Assembly (NCBI GenBank): GCA_000092065.1
Contig: CP000594.1
DNA length: 64,000 nt
Direction: 5' to 3' (one strand)
Source: Ostreococcus lucimarinus
Lineage: Eukaryota
Part shown: positions 28,751 to 39,824 of the stretch, piece by piece
How the letters are laid out: each line of letters begins with the position of its first letter
Position numbering within the stretch: position 1 is the stretch's first letter
The notes under the pieces: generated by a model
Seen by the model: the letters and a program-made list of their open reading frames with translations, nothing else
Databases searched by the model: none
What the model was told of the DNA's origin: nothing
Position numbers and translations under genes: made by a program

Positions 28751-31700
28751 CTATACTAGGAAATCGCTATCGCCGATTAACAACTCCGTTGTCTTGGGCG
28801 AGGTTTCGTCGGCGATGAAGAAGTGGCGCTCGGCCATGTTTTCTTCGTCGCCCATGGTAGAACCGCCAAGCACAGGCGGAACAACGGAGAAAAACTTTTC
28901 AGTGACGCGTTCAAGCAACACGCCTTCGTCGACGAGATGGTTCAACGCGCGCGCAATGAGGTGAATTGGGTACGATTTGCCAAGTGCATTCACGATCCGC
29001 GTCTCCGAGGATCCCGGTTGGTTGAGCGCCACGGCGGCGGCGGCGCGTGTGCAATTTTCAAACGCCGCATTGTCGGCGAAATCCATGGCGTTCTCTGAAG
29101 GCATGGAATATACGATTTCGTTCTCGTGCGTTTCCGTTCGAAGGGCTCCACTCGAAACAAGCACGCCGAGCGCATGATGCACGTTGTACGCTCCAAGTGC
29201 TCCAAAGGTCTCGGCGACTTTCGCCACTCGAAGTTCATCGATGATGACTTGACTCGGTACCGCTGTGCCAGCTTTTTCAACAATCTTCAAGCACTTCGAT
29301 TCTACGTTCTTTAAATTTTTTGCGGGCAAGCGAAGCGTACCGACGGTTTCCACCGCGACTTCTGCACTCGCTTTCGAAGCGTCGAGAATTTCAATCTTCA
29401 CGCTGTGCATCGCCTTGACTGCGACGTTGGGCGATTTAAAGTACGTCGAATCGCCAGCACCTTGACCGTTGAACGCTTGTGGTAACGAGTCTCCCACCGA
29501 GTCAGTCGTGGTAGACATAGCAACTCTATTGTCGACCAATGCTTGGCATAGAGTGAGGACTTGCGGACCGTTCGGAGCGATGCAGGCTACAGTGTTTGGG
29601 GCGTTAGCGTCGAAGAGTGTCTGCGCGTAACTGAGCGCGTCCACTCGAGGCGAGGGCACGACGTGGTCGTGCAAATCCTTGAACGGAACTGTGATTTCCT
29701 CGTCGACGTCTGAATCATCGTAGTCACTAACGTCGTCTTCGTCGCTATCATCGCTCTCGTCCTGAAATGAGATGGCGCGTCGGCGAAGAAATGCGATTGG
29801 CGCGAGACGCGCAAGGATAATGTCGTCGTCGGCCTCAGTGAGATCTCGACCGGCTCGGATTCGACGAACTTTTTCCTCCCGTTTTTGCCTCATGCGATTG
29901 CCGTGTCGAGGTGACTTGGGCACGTCGCGTCGTGAGAGAGGATAAGGCACTGGGAAGTCATGCAAGACTGCGCGCGTAGCTTGCAAAACTTGTTTCGCGA
30001 TGCCCTCTGACCATTTTCCGGTGCAATCCCAGATTTCATCCCAGCGATCGATCGCTTCGGAACTATCCGGCGTCGGTGACGGTAAATGAGGAAGCGCACT
30101 ATCGCGCCGAGCGCGAGCGCCGCGCTCGTAAAATTCTGCCCCGATTCGAAGTATAGCGTCGTGTCTCTGGGTCTTGATATCGCCTTCGTCTTCACCTTCG
30201 CCAACGGTGAGTTGTCTCCAACGCTTTACCACCGTACGCTTCTTCACTACTGGATAACGCGAACGCCACATTGGATCAGAGTACACCACTGACGCACGAT
30301 AGTCACGTTTTTCTGCTCTCAAAGCGTTCGTTCCAGAAAGCGCGATGAAACGAATCATGCAAAACACCAAGAATTCGTCCTCTGACGGGCCAAAGATGAA
30401 TTTCTTGCGCGAGGTGGTTACACCAAATTCACCGTCGCTTTCGTCGTCATCGAACAACTCTTGCGGAGCGACTCTACTATCATCTATGTTTTCTTTTGCT
30501 AAGGCGCTCGATGGGGATTCAATGTGCGATAAAGAGTCCAATCGAAGCGTCGGTGCACGCGCTGTGTTCGCCGGCGGCATAATCGAGCGTTGCGACACAC
30601 GACTGCTTACTTTGAAGCGAGAGTAGTGCGCATACATGTTCAACGCCCTAGCCGCCACGTCTGATGAAACCACTCCATCTGTCACGGCTGCACATATTTT
30701 CGCATAGCAAAAATTTCGCCATGTTTGCTTGATGTGATTCAAATCGTCCGGGAGATCAAGATCTTGGGCGAGTTGCTCGACGCGAAGCGCGTCTTCGTTG
30801 GGCAACCCAGATTCTGCAAGAGATTCGATCGCCGCACCGACGAGCGATTTGTTTTCACTTGCTGAGCCATCGTTCAGATGTTCATCTTTGGTCGAAACCT
30901 CCGCGCGGACGAGCAACAGATGGAGAAGTGCGTCCCAAGCCTCTCGTAAACGATCCATGAGAATGATGCAGTTATCCAACGATAGTGCCCACTTGCGATT
31001 CCACGCGCGCACTGAAGTGATTCGAGGGTAAGTGAAGTCTATAGCCGGGTGCGCGTTATCCATCTCAGGTTTACCCTTAAACGTATTCTCTAGCGCACTC
31101 CAATATTCTCGCGCGCCGGTTTCGGTCGTGACGTCAAAATTTTCGCTCCACGAACTCTCATCCTCGGTGTCGGCAGGTTTCGTTTGAAATCGCGCGCTCT
31201 TTCTGAGCGTTAACACGAGTTCTATTGATTCAGTCGCCTCGTTATACTGAGGCACCTCGTAAAGTAATCCGAGCGTCATCAATCGCTGTGTGAGCCTGGA
31301 CATGTAATACGTCGATTGTACTTTATCACGTAATTCTCTCGGTAAATCTTTCACGAGCTTTTCGCGCAAGCCCTCGGCTTTGATGTGCTCTAAATCTTGA
31401 GCGACAATAGATTTTGACTCCGTGCTGTTCACCACTTTAATGTAAATCGAAATCGGCATTGATCCATCCAGTACGTCGCCGTTAATCGCGCCGTCCTCGG
31501 AGCCGCGCTCGAAAACGTTTGCAACCAAGTACAAGTGTAGGGCTTCGAGACGAACGAGCGCAGACTTGATGTAACCCAACCCGATAGCGTGAAAGTCGTG
31601 AAGCGTCCGGTAATTAGAGCGAATGTCAACATCGTCCTCCATGACTACGTCTCGCGTCGCGATTGCAGACGCCGGCGGCGCCGGCAACGCCTGCATCGGT

Positions 31701-33016
31701 TCGACGCGCACGACTTCACTCAAGCCAAGTTTCTTAATCGTGCGCTGCCTATGCGCTACCTCCGTCGTTTGAATGTCATCTTTCAGCGCCTCGATAAAAG
31801 CCGCATCCTCGGCGCTCGCCGGATCAAATGGGTAGTCAATGTGAAACAGAATCTTGTCTGGCGGACGTTCCGTCACACTCCACGCGATCTCGCGCACGAC
31901 GCCTTCGCCGTTACGAACGACGTTATCGACGATCGCATTGATACTTTTCTTGTCGACAGCCTTATACAATCCGCCTTCGGCGGCGGCGAGCCACGTGCTC
32001 AAGCGATTGATGTAAAGAAATCCTTTCATGCGTAATTCTTCGACAAGAATGTCGTAACGACGCGTGGCGTCGTCGACAATCATCAAGTCTTCTTTCAACG
32101 CGGCCGACTTCGCGGTCGTCGCCGGCGCATCGCGCGTTCCGACGTCTACGTCGTTCTCGTTCGGCGCAAAGAAGGTGACCTTTGCCTTGCCGCGCTGCAC
32201 GGTGACGCGCCGAAACAGCTTGTCATCGTCGCACATTTTCAACACGCGTTTCTCCAAGACTCGCGGTGCAACGTCGTAGTCGCTCAAGATTTCCGCTTGA
32301 CTAACACTACCACACTCGCGCACGCGTTGGCAAAGCTGCGTCTCGAACGTTTGTTCCGCCACGACGGCGGCGCGCGCGCCGCGGCCGGTCCAATCCGCGT
32401 CGTCAAAATTCTCCTCGCCGTCGACGTCATTTTCGTCTACGTCGTTCGCGTCGTAAAGTCTCAGCAATCGCAACGAGTCACCTATATCGCCTAAAACGGG
32501 TTCGACGTACTTTAAACGACACAACTGAAGCTTGACCGCGTTGAAGACTTTCGTCTGCTGCTTCATAGTTTTACCCACCAGCAACGACGAGTGCGCGAAT
32601 TCCTCGTGCAAGCGCTCGCGGACGCTCTTGGCCAGCGCCGTTCGCTGCGGCGCCGCATCTAGTATTCTAGTAAACGCTTCGTTATACGCCGCGCTCTCAT
32701 CCACTCTCGACGTTTCACTTCGAGCGAAACGACGCAGCCGCGCCACGTTCTCCGTCGCTCCGCTCCTCGCGTTTGTCTTTTTCAAACTCACCAATCCCGC
32801 CCCCGCGAGCGTGCGCACGGCGTGATCCATGCTCTTCCCCCCGCACGCCTTGTTCAACTCGATCGTCGTGATCCCTCGCGCGCCGCATCGACCGATGATC
32901 TCCAGCGCCCCGCGCGCGTTGTCGCTCAGCCCGTGTTCCCACGTCGCCTCGTCCCCGATCCCCAGCGCTCGCGCCCGCGTCGCCGCGTCCGCCACGAACC
33001 GCACTCCCGACGACAT
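28751..33016 (-). CDS. TFIIIC B-block-binding subunit-like protein (GTF3C1/Tfc3-like), ~1421 aa
   Basis: N-terminal winged-helix region LEIIGRCGARGITTIELNKACGGKS…LAGAGLVSLKK resembles the B-block_TFIIIC domain. Long mostly alpha-helical body with acidic stretches. Start taken as ATG 33014-33016 (MSSGVRFV); the Arg-rich 171 aa upstream in the track ORF is rejected. Confidence 0.4.
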   Translation of the reverse strand: MSSGVRFVADAATRARALGIGDEATWEHGLSDNARGALEIIGRCGARGITTIELNKACGGKSMDHAVRTLAGAGLVSLKKTNARSGATENVARLRRFARSETSRVDESAAYNEAFTRILDAAPQRTALAKSVRERLHEEFAHSSLLVGKTMKQQTKVFNAVKLQLCRLKYVEPVLGDIGDSLRLLRLYDANDVDENDVDGEENFDDADWTGRGARAAVVAEQTFETQLCQRVRECGSVSQAEILSDYDVAPRVLEKRVLKMCDDDKLFRRVTVQRGKAKVTFFAPNENDVDVGTRDAPATTAKSAALKEDLMIVDDATRRYDILVEELRMKGFLYINRLSTWLAAAEGGLYKAVDKKSINAIVDNVVRNGEGVVREIAWSVTERPPDKILFHIDYPFDPASAEDAAFIEALKDDIQTTEVAHRQRTIKKLGLSEVVRVEPMQALPAPPASAIATRDVVMEDDVDIRSNYRTLHDFHAIGLGYIKSALVRLEALHLYLVANVFERGSEDGAINGDVLDGSMPISIYIKVVNSTESKSIVAQDLEHIKAEGLREKLVKDLPRELRDKVQSTYYMSRLTQRLMTLGLLYEVPQYNEATESIELVLTLRKSARFQTKPADTEDESSWSENFDVTTETGAREYWSALENTFKGKPEMDNAHPAIDFTYPRITSVRAWNRKWALSLDNCIILMDRLREAWDALLHLLLVRAEVSTKDEHLNDGSASENKSLVGAAIESLAESGLPNEDALRVEQLAQDLDLPDDLNHIKQTWRNFCYAKICAAVTDGVVSSDVAARALNMYAHYSRFKVSSRVSQRSIMPPANTARAPTLRLDSLSHIESPSSALAKENIDDSRVAPQELFDDDESDGEFGVTTSRKKFIFGPSEDEFLVFCMIRFIALSGTNALRAEKRDYRASVVYSDPMWRSRYPVVKKRTVVKRWRQLTVGEGEDEGDIKTQRHDAILRIGAEFYERGARARRDSALPHLPSPTPDSSEAIDRWDEIWDCTGKWSEGIAKQVLQATRAVLHDFPVPYPLSRRDVPKSPRHGNRMRQKREEKVRRIRAGRDLTEADDDIILARLAPIAFLRRRAISFQDESDDSDEDDVSDYDDSDVDEEITVPFKDLHDHVVPSPRVDALSYAQTLFDANAPNTVACIAPNGPQVLTLCQALVDNRVAMSTTTDSVGDSLPQAFNGQGAGDSTYFKSPNVAVKAMHSVKIEILDASKASAEVAVETVGTLRLPAKNLKNVESKCLKIVEKAGTAVPSQVIIDELRVAKVAETFGALGAYNVHHALGVLVSSGALRTETHENEIVYSMPSENAMDFADNAAFENCTRAAAAVALNQPGSSETRIVNALGKSYPIHLIARALNHLVDEGVLLERVTEKFFSVVPPVLGGSTMGDEENMAERHFFIADETSPKTTELLIGDSDFLV

Positions 33017-33702
33017 CGATCCGTTCTCCGCGCTCTGTCGCACCGCGTCGACCGCGCGCTCCAAGCGCGTCGTCCCGGTTCGTCGTCGCGTTCGCCTCCG
33101 CGTCTCGCCGTCGCCGCCGTCGTCTCGTCCATCACCATCGTCACCCCCCACGCGCGATCCGCCGCCGCGCGCACCGCCGCGCGCACGCCCGACGCTCCCC
33201 CGAGCGTCTCTCGCCGCCGCGCGTCGCTCGCGCCGTCCCTCGCGTCGCCCTCGCGCGTCGTCTCGTCGACGGTTGCGCGCGCATCGAAATGCGTCGCGAT
33301 TTCGCGCGCGTCCGCGCCGCGCGCGCCCGCGAGGGCGACGTACGCCACCGCGAGCGACGCGTCGCGCGCGTCGTCGCGCATGCGCGCGCGCGATCGCCGC
33401 GACGCGCGCGTGTGCCGACGCGACGCGCGTCGCGCGACGGGACGACGACCGCGCGCGCGACCGAAAACCCACGCGAGGCGAAACTCGGCGCGCGGTGTGA
33501 CCCTCGCGCGCGCGCGTCGAGGCGCGCACACGGCGCCGCGACGCGACGCGCGCGACGACGCGCCGCGAGGGCGACGTAAAAAACTCCCTCGACGGCTCGG
33601 ACGCGCGAAAGCGGCGAAACGACGCGCGCGACGACGCGAGCGACGGTGAAACGAGCGCGCGCGGGAATTTCGAACGATCGCGACGGACGGTGATTCCGCG
33701 CG

Positions 33703-35070
33703 ATGACGACGACGCTGGACGTCGACAGCGTCATCGAACGGTTGCTGAGCGTGCGAGGACAACCGAATAATCGAACGGTGCAGCTCGCGGAGGGAGAGAT
33801 CAGGGCGCTGTGCGCGGCGGCGAGGTACGTTGGAATGGTGGATCGATGACGCGCGGACGCGGCGGTGAGGCGAAGATCTAAGGGTGATTGGCGCGCGCGC
33901 GACGTCGTGGAGAGGCGTTGACGCGCGGCGTGCGATGAGGCGATATTTGCGTCGTCGCGAGACGCGAATGGAGGGACGAGGGAGGCGACGGGCGTCGAGG
34001 GAGGAGGGACGAAGCCGGGCAGTTGGAACGCGCGAGGCGGACGCCGATCTCGAGCGAACGCGACGCGCGTCGTCGACGGCCGAGCGCGGATGACGCGGGC
34101 GTTACGACTGGTGAATCGTTGAGGGTGATGAGGTGATGCGGAAGGATGCGGGATGGCGCGCGATGTGGCGACGAAGACTGACGAAATCGAAACTTTCGCT
34201 CGCTCGCTCGCTCGCAGAGAAATTTTCCTGGCGCAGCCGTGCTTGTTGGAGCTCGAGGCGCCGTTGAAGATTTGTGGTGACGTTCACGGACAGTACTCAG
34301 ACTTGTTGCGATTGTTCGAGTACGGTGGGTTTCCGCCGGAGGCGAACTATCTGTTCTTGGGGGATTACGTCGATCGCGGCAAGCAAGGCTTGGAGGTGAT
34401 TTGTTTGCTCCTGGCGTACAAGGTGAAGTACCCGGAAAACTTTTTCCTACTCAGAGGTAACCACGAGTGCAACTCGATCAGTCGGATTTACGGGTTCTAC
34501 GACGAGTGCAAGAGGCGCTACAACATAAAGCTGTGGCGCGTGTTTTGCGACGTCTTTAACTGTCTGCCGTTCGCCGCCATCGTGGATGAGAAGATCTTTT
34601 GCATTCACGGTGGACCGAGCCCGGAGTTGAAGGACTTGCAGCAGATAGTTCAAATCAAGCGGCCGACGGATATTCCCGACATGGGAATGCTTTGTGACTT
34701 TTTATGGAGCGATCCGGATGCGGATATACAAGGCTGGGGCGAAAACGACCGCGGCGTGTCGTACACTTACGGTACCGACGTCGTCGGCGATTTCCTCCAC
34801 AAGTTTGATTTTGACTTAGTTGTTAGAGCACATCAGGTGGTTGAGAACGGTTACGAGTTTTTCGGAAAGCGTCAACTCGTCACGGTGTTCTCGGCGCCGA
34901 ATTACTGCGGGGAGTTTGACAACGCCGGCGCGATGATGACGGTGGATGAAAACTTAATGTGCAGCTTCCAGATATTAAAGCCTGCGGAGCGCAAACTCAT
35001 GGGTGGTTTTGGGAGTATGATGGGCGCGCGTCCTTCCACGCCTCCTCGAACAGGCGGCGCGAAGACGTAA
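33703..35070 (+). CDS. PP1: serine/threonine protein phosphatase PP1 catalytic subunit
   Basis: join(33703..33824,34218..35070). Exon 1 [40 protein letters not shown] ends AG|GTACGT. A 393-nt intron runs to acceptor ctcgcag, and exon 2 continues [27 protein letters not shown]…GDYVDRG…LRGNHE…. The track ORF's N-terminus [11 protein letters not shown]… is intron read-through. Confidence 0.85.
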
Positions 35071-35357
35071 GCCTGGTTTGACAAATTTCGCGAGGCGACG
35101 AGAGATTGGGTGTCGGTATTGGAAGAAAGTTTAGCTCGAACTTATGTGTAAACGAACTGGTATAACGCTAATCGCTTCATCGCCCTAACGTTCGCGCGCT
35201 ATATCGTTCTGCGAACGGTATTCTCCAACCTCTGCGACGGACGCGCGAAGCGTCACTCCGCGGCGCTCCGCGGCGGCTTCGCGCCGCGCGTCCCGAACGC
35301 CCGCGCGCGCCCGAACGCGCGCCCGAACGCACCGCGCGTTCGGAATCGTCGCGCATC

Positions 35358-36348
35358 ATGAGTGGCATCAAGACCGCGACGAGAGTGCGCGGGGATGCCA
35401 TCACGAACGCGCGCCACTCTACGAAGGGAGCCGAGGGGGAACAACCGCCGGAAAAGACATCGTCACCCACCGCGACGACGAAGCGACGAGAGCGCGAATC
35501 GAGCGAACGGGATGACTGGAACGAAAATTATAGCGAGCACGCGCGGTGTAACGCGCTCAGGGTGCGTGCGCGCGACGCACAGGCGGAAGAGTCTGTTCAT
35601 TTCTCTGTCCCAAAGTCGAGCGGGACGACGACGCCGTTTTGACCGACGAGCGAACGCGAACGCGCGACTGACGGTGCGAACGCGCGAGCGCGCGCGATCA
35701 TTTATCCAACAGATTGGCGCGAAACGCGATTTTGCGGCGGCGGAATCGATCGGGATACGCGTGAGAGGTTGGGACGAGAAGGACGTTCGGGACGCGGGCC
35801 GAGCGTCCTTTGTGGGCGGGTCGTACGAGTTTTTAAAACCGAGCGCGAGCGCGGCGACGTTCGGCGCCGGGTTCGTCCCGAACGGAACGGCGAGTGCGAG
35901 TGGTCGCCTGTCGTTGTCTGCGTCGCCGGGACGCGCGGGGGAGATTCGACAGAGCGTACACAAGGTGGCGCGACAAAAAGGCGTCTCGAGCGGTCGCACG
36001 TACACGAGCAAGTATCGCGGCGTCCATCAAACGTTTCCCACGGGGCGTTGGGAGGCACAGTTCCGCCGCAACGGCAAACCCACATCTTTGGGTTGTTTCG
36101 ATCGCGAAGAAGAGGCGGCAAAGGCGTACGATCGCATGATGCTTTGGTGTGAAATGCACGCCAGTCAGCTCGCCGTCGTATCGGCGTCGCCGCAAAAGCA
36201 AGGCGCGGCGCAGTTAAATTTCGACGTCGCGACGTATACCAACGACTTGCACGCCCTCGAGCACATGTCTCAGGATGATTTAATGTTAGAGCTGCGCCGA
36301 TTGGGGCGCGCGCAGGCGGGAGGGCAGCAGGTTGCGTTCGTCCCGTAG
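35358..36348 (+). CDS. AP2/ERF-domain transcription factor
   Basis: AP2 domain YRGVHQTFPTGRWEAQFRRNGKPTSLGCFDREEEAAKAYDRMML. Proposed join(35358..35561,35713..36348): exon 1 MSGIKTATRVRGD…HARCNALR ends AGG|GTGCGT; acceptor tcatttatccaacag; both phase 0. The alternative is the unspliced track ORF from 35362. Confidence 0.6.
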
Positions 36349-36408
36349 TCGACCTCGCGTCTGAAATGTCAAATCCGCAGCGCTAGTAGCCCCATTCTCC
36401 GCCCGTCC

Positions 36409-37326
36409 ATGTCCGTCGCGCCGTCGATCGCGACGAAACTCCGCACGCGCACGAATACGACCGCGAACGACGCGCGAACGAACGAATCAAGACTCGCGCG
36501 CGCGCACAGACGAAGCAAACGAGCGACGCAGACGCGAAGCATGTCCAACGATGATGCGTCGACGAGCGACGCCGCAGCGCCCGCACACGCGCCGAGCGCG
36601 TACGGGAAGCTCATGCAAAGCATGAACACCGCCGGTATCGCGCTTTTTTTTAAGTCATCGGTGACGGATCGCGCGCTGGCGATGCCGCAGGTGTCGTGCG
36701 AGGACGTGTCGCGGGTACGTTGGTCGCACCTAAAGTCGCTCGGGTTCGCGGGAGTCGTGTTCGACAAAGATAACACGCTGACCACTCCTTACGCGTTGGA
36801 AGTGCATGAAAAAGTGCGCGCGTCGTTGGAGGCGTGCAAAGAAGCGTTCGGGGCGGAGAATGTGGCGGTGTATAGTAACTCGGCCGGGTTGTTTCAATAC
36901 GACCCAGATGGGAAAGAGGCGGACGCAATGGAGCGCGCGCTCGGGATAAAGTTCATAAGACACGCCACGAAAAAGCCCGCGGGTGATGTCGACGACGTCG
37001 TTGCGCATTTTCCCTCGTGTGACAGCGCAAAAAAGTTAATCTTCGTGGGCGATAGATACCTCACGGATGTCGTCTACGGCAATAGGCACGGGATGTTCAC
37101 CGTCAGAGTCGCCCCATTCACCACCAAGGGCGAATCGCTCGCCATCAAGAGCGCGAGAAAAATAGAAGAATCCGTCGTCGCCCTGTGGCGCTCGCTCGGC
37201 GTCGCTCCGAAACCCCACGAGCTGTTATTCCCGGGCGGCGTCTCCTCGGACGCCGACGGCAAGTCTCACTGGACCCTCATCGACGGCGAACCGGCGTCGG
37301 AAAACCTCAAGCGCGCGCTTTTGTGA
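36409..37326 (+). CDS. HAD-superfamily phosphatase, PGP-phosphatase (GEP4-like, HAD-IIIA/YqeG) family
   Basis: GVVFDKDNTLT (DxDxT nucleophile motif), YSNSAG, FVGDRYLTDVVYGNRHGMFTVRV. Alternative ATG at 36541. Confidence 0.65.
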   Translation: MSVAPSIATKLRTRTNTTANDARTNESRLARAHRRSKRATQTRSMSNDDASTSDAAAPAHAPSAYGKLMQSMNTAGIALFFKSSVTDRALAMPQVSCEDVSRVRWSHLKSLGFAGVVFDKDNTLTTPYALEVHEKVRASLEACKEAFGAENVAVYSNSAGLFQYDPDGKEADAMERALGIKFIRHATKKPAGDVDDVVAHFPSCDSAKKLIFVGDRYLTDVVYGNRHGMFTVRVAPFTTKGESLAIKSARKIEESVVALWRSLGVAPKPHELLFPGGVSSDADGKSHWTLIDGEPASENLKRALL

Positions 37327-37506
37327 TGTTCTAATTTGTCTCTATCGGCTCTTTGCCTTCACGCTTCGACCCCATCGCGCGCCCGCGCGCGCGCTCGCTC
37401 GCGCCCCTGGACTTATCTATCGGGTGTCCCCCTACCGACGTCACGAGACGGCGATTCAATTCGCCACTCCTCGACGCGCCCGCGTCGTCGACCAAGCCCG
37501 TTCAAA

Positions 37507-39674
37507 ATGAGCGCGCAACAACTCCTGAGTAACACCGTCGCGGTTTCTGCGCGCACCTCGCGCGCGAACGCGACGAACAAGTCGCAGCGCGCGAAATGCG
37601 TCGCCAAGCGGTCGCAGACTCGAACGAACGCTGTCGCCGAACGTACGTCGCGCCCACGCCTTGATGACGCCCGCGATGGACGCGAAGACGACGATGATGA
37701 TTTTTATGAAGCCCGAGCGCGCTCGAACGGCGCGCTCGGGGCGCGAGCGAGGCGCCAGACCCCTGGTTTCGGCGAAAAGCGCCGCCGCCGCCACGCGTCT
37801 TATCCACAGAACGAACGACTGACGGATGAAAATGAGCGATTTTGACGCACGCAGCGACGGTGACGGCGGGCGCGACGGCGAGAGATGAAATCAGAAACAT
37901 TGCCATCATCGCGCACGTCGATCACGGCAAGACGACGCTTGTTGACTCGATGTTGGCGCAATCGAAGGTGTTTCGGGACAACGAAAAAGTGGAGGAACGC
38001 ATCATGGACTCGAACGATCTCGAACGCGAGCGTGGGATCACGATTCTGTCGAAGAACACGGCGGTGACTTACAAGGATAAGAAGATTAACATCATCGATA
38101 CTCCGGGTCACGCTGATTTCGGTGGGGAAGTCGAACGCGTGTTGAACATGGTGGACGGCGTGCTTTTGCTCGTGGACAGCGTCGAAGGGCCGATGCCGCA
38201 GACGCGTTTCGTGTTGAAGAAGGCGTTGGAGATTGGTCTTAAGGTTGTCGTTGTCGTCAACAAGATTGATCGCGAGGGTGCGCGCCCGGATTATGTGGTT
38301 GATACCACGTTTGATTTGTTTTGCAACCTCGGCGCGACGGATGAGCAGTGTGAGTTCCCGGTTGTCTACGCCTCGGGCTTCCAAGGCATCGCCGGTATGG
38401 AGCCGGATCAGCTCTCCGATTCACTCGAACCGTTGTTTGAAATGATCGTGAACGAAGTCCCGGCCCCAGTCGGAGACGTGACCGCGCCGCTTCAAATGTT
38501 GGTGACCAACTTGGACTACGACGAATTCAAGGGACGCATCGCGCTCGGCCGCGTTCGCGCGGGCACCATGACCAAGGCGACCAACGTCAAGATTGGCGTC
38601 CCGGACAAGGATGCTCGTAATGGCAAGGTCACCGAAGTGTTCATCTACAACAACTTCGTCCGCTCGCCGGTCGACTCCGTCGGCGCTGGTGACATTTGCG
38701 CCATCGCCGGTCTTCCGGACGTCATGATTGGCGAAACCATCATGGTCGAAGGCTCTAAGCCGCTCCCGACGATTACCGTCGAAGAGCCCACCGTTCGTAT
38801 GTCCATGTCCGTGAACACGTCTCCGTTCGCCGGCCAAGAAGGCAAATACGTCACTTCCCGTAACTTGAAAGCGCGACTCGACCAAGAACTCGAGCGCAAC
38901 TTGGCGCTCAAGGTTGAACCGGGTGACACAGCCGATACCTTTGTTATTTGCGGTCGCGGTGCTCTCCACATCACGATTTTGATCGAAACCATGCGCCGTG
39001 AGGGGTACGAGTTCACGATTGGCCCGCCGGAAGTCATCACGAAGAAGGATGCCGATGGCCACAAGGTTGAGCCGTACGAGGAAGCCTTCGTCGAGGTGCC
39101 GGAGGAGTACACGGGCTCGTGCGTCGATTTGCTCGCCAACCGCAAGGGTCAAATGCTTGACCTCGTCACTGACGACAAGGGTCAAACGAAGATGAAGTAC
39201 AAGGTCCCTACGCGCGGTTTGCTCGGCTTGCGCAACGCCATTTTGACTGCCACTCGCGGTACCGCCGTGTTGAACACAAACTTTGACGAGTACGGCCCGT
39301 GGGCTGGCGACATTTCCATGCGCGACCAAGGGTCGCTCATCGCGCACGAAACCGGCCAAGTCACTACTTACGCCATTCAAAGCGCGCAAGATCGCGGCAT
39401 TTTGATCGTCAAGCCGGGTGCCGAAGTCTACGAAGGCCAAGTTGTCGGCATTCACCAGCGTGCTGGTGACTTGAAGGTCAACGTGTGTAAGAAGAAAGCG
39501 GCGACCAACGTTCGTTCGAACAAGGACGCTACCGTCGTGCTCAACGAATCCAAGGAATTGAGCTTGGACGATTGCGTCGAATACATCGCGCAAGACGAAC
39601 TCGTCGAAGTCACGCCGCTTTCGATCCGCATTTGCAAGAACACGAAGATGAAGACGCGCAACAAGAAGAACTAA
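37507..39674 (+). CDS. typA: GTP-binding translational GTPase BipA/TypA, plastid-targeted
   Basis: Body [19 protein letters not shown]…[15 protein letters not shown]…NKIDR plus full BipA C-terminal domains. The track ORF starts at TTG 37842 with no in-frame ATG upstream. Proposed join(37507..37642,37855..39674): a 45-aa transit-peptide exon [25 protein letters not shown]… with phase-1 donor AAC|GTACGT and acceptor cacgcag. The intron placement is tentative. Confidence 0.75.
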
Positions 39675-39782
39675 AGTCCTTCGCGTCCTTTGCGTGCATG
39701 TGTATCATTTCTATTCATTCCACCATTCTTTAGTGTTAGAGTTTGCCTATTCAGCGAGTTTGATGCCATTTCAATATAAAAT

Positions 39783-39824
39783 ACAAAGCCATTGCTTATC
39801 AGTACAAAGCCATTGCTTATCAGT
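39783..39824. repeat. 21-bp perfect tandem duplication
   Basis: acaaagccattgcttatcagt appears twice in the convergent 3' region between BipA and REP. It overlaps the REP stop codon. Confidence 0.85.

Noticed and set aside
32822-33762. Several 200-280-aa Arg-rich ORFs on both strands at 32.8-33.8 kb, and the 171-aa N-terminal extension of the TFIIIC-like ORF
   Set aside because: All are poly-Arg/Ala/Asp low complexity in a (CGC/GCG)n-rich spacer between the TFIIIC-like start and the PP1 gene. More plausibly promoter or 5'UTR.
37842-37844. Track ORF start codons at 37842, 24200, 60694, 41652, 10439 and 6979 reported as Met
   Set aside because: These codons are TTG or GTG. They are not credible initiators in a eukaryotic nuclear gene, so true starts were reassigned to the nearest in-frame ATG or to an upstream exon.
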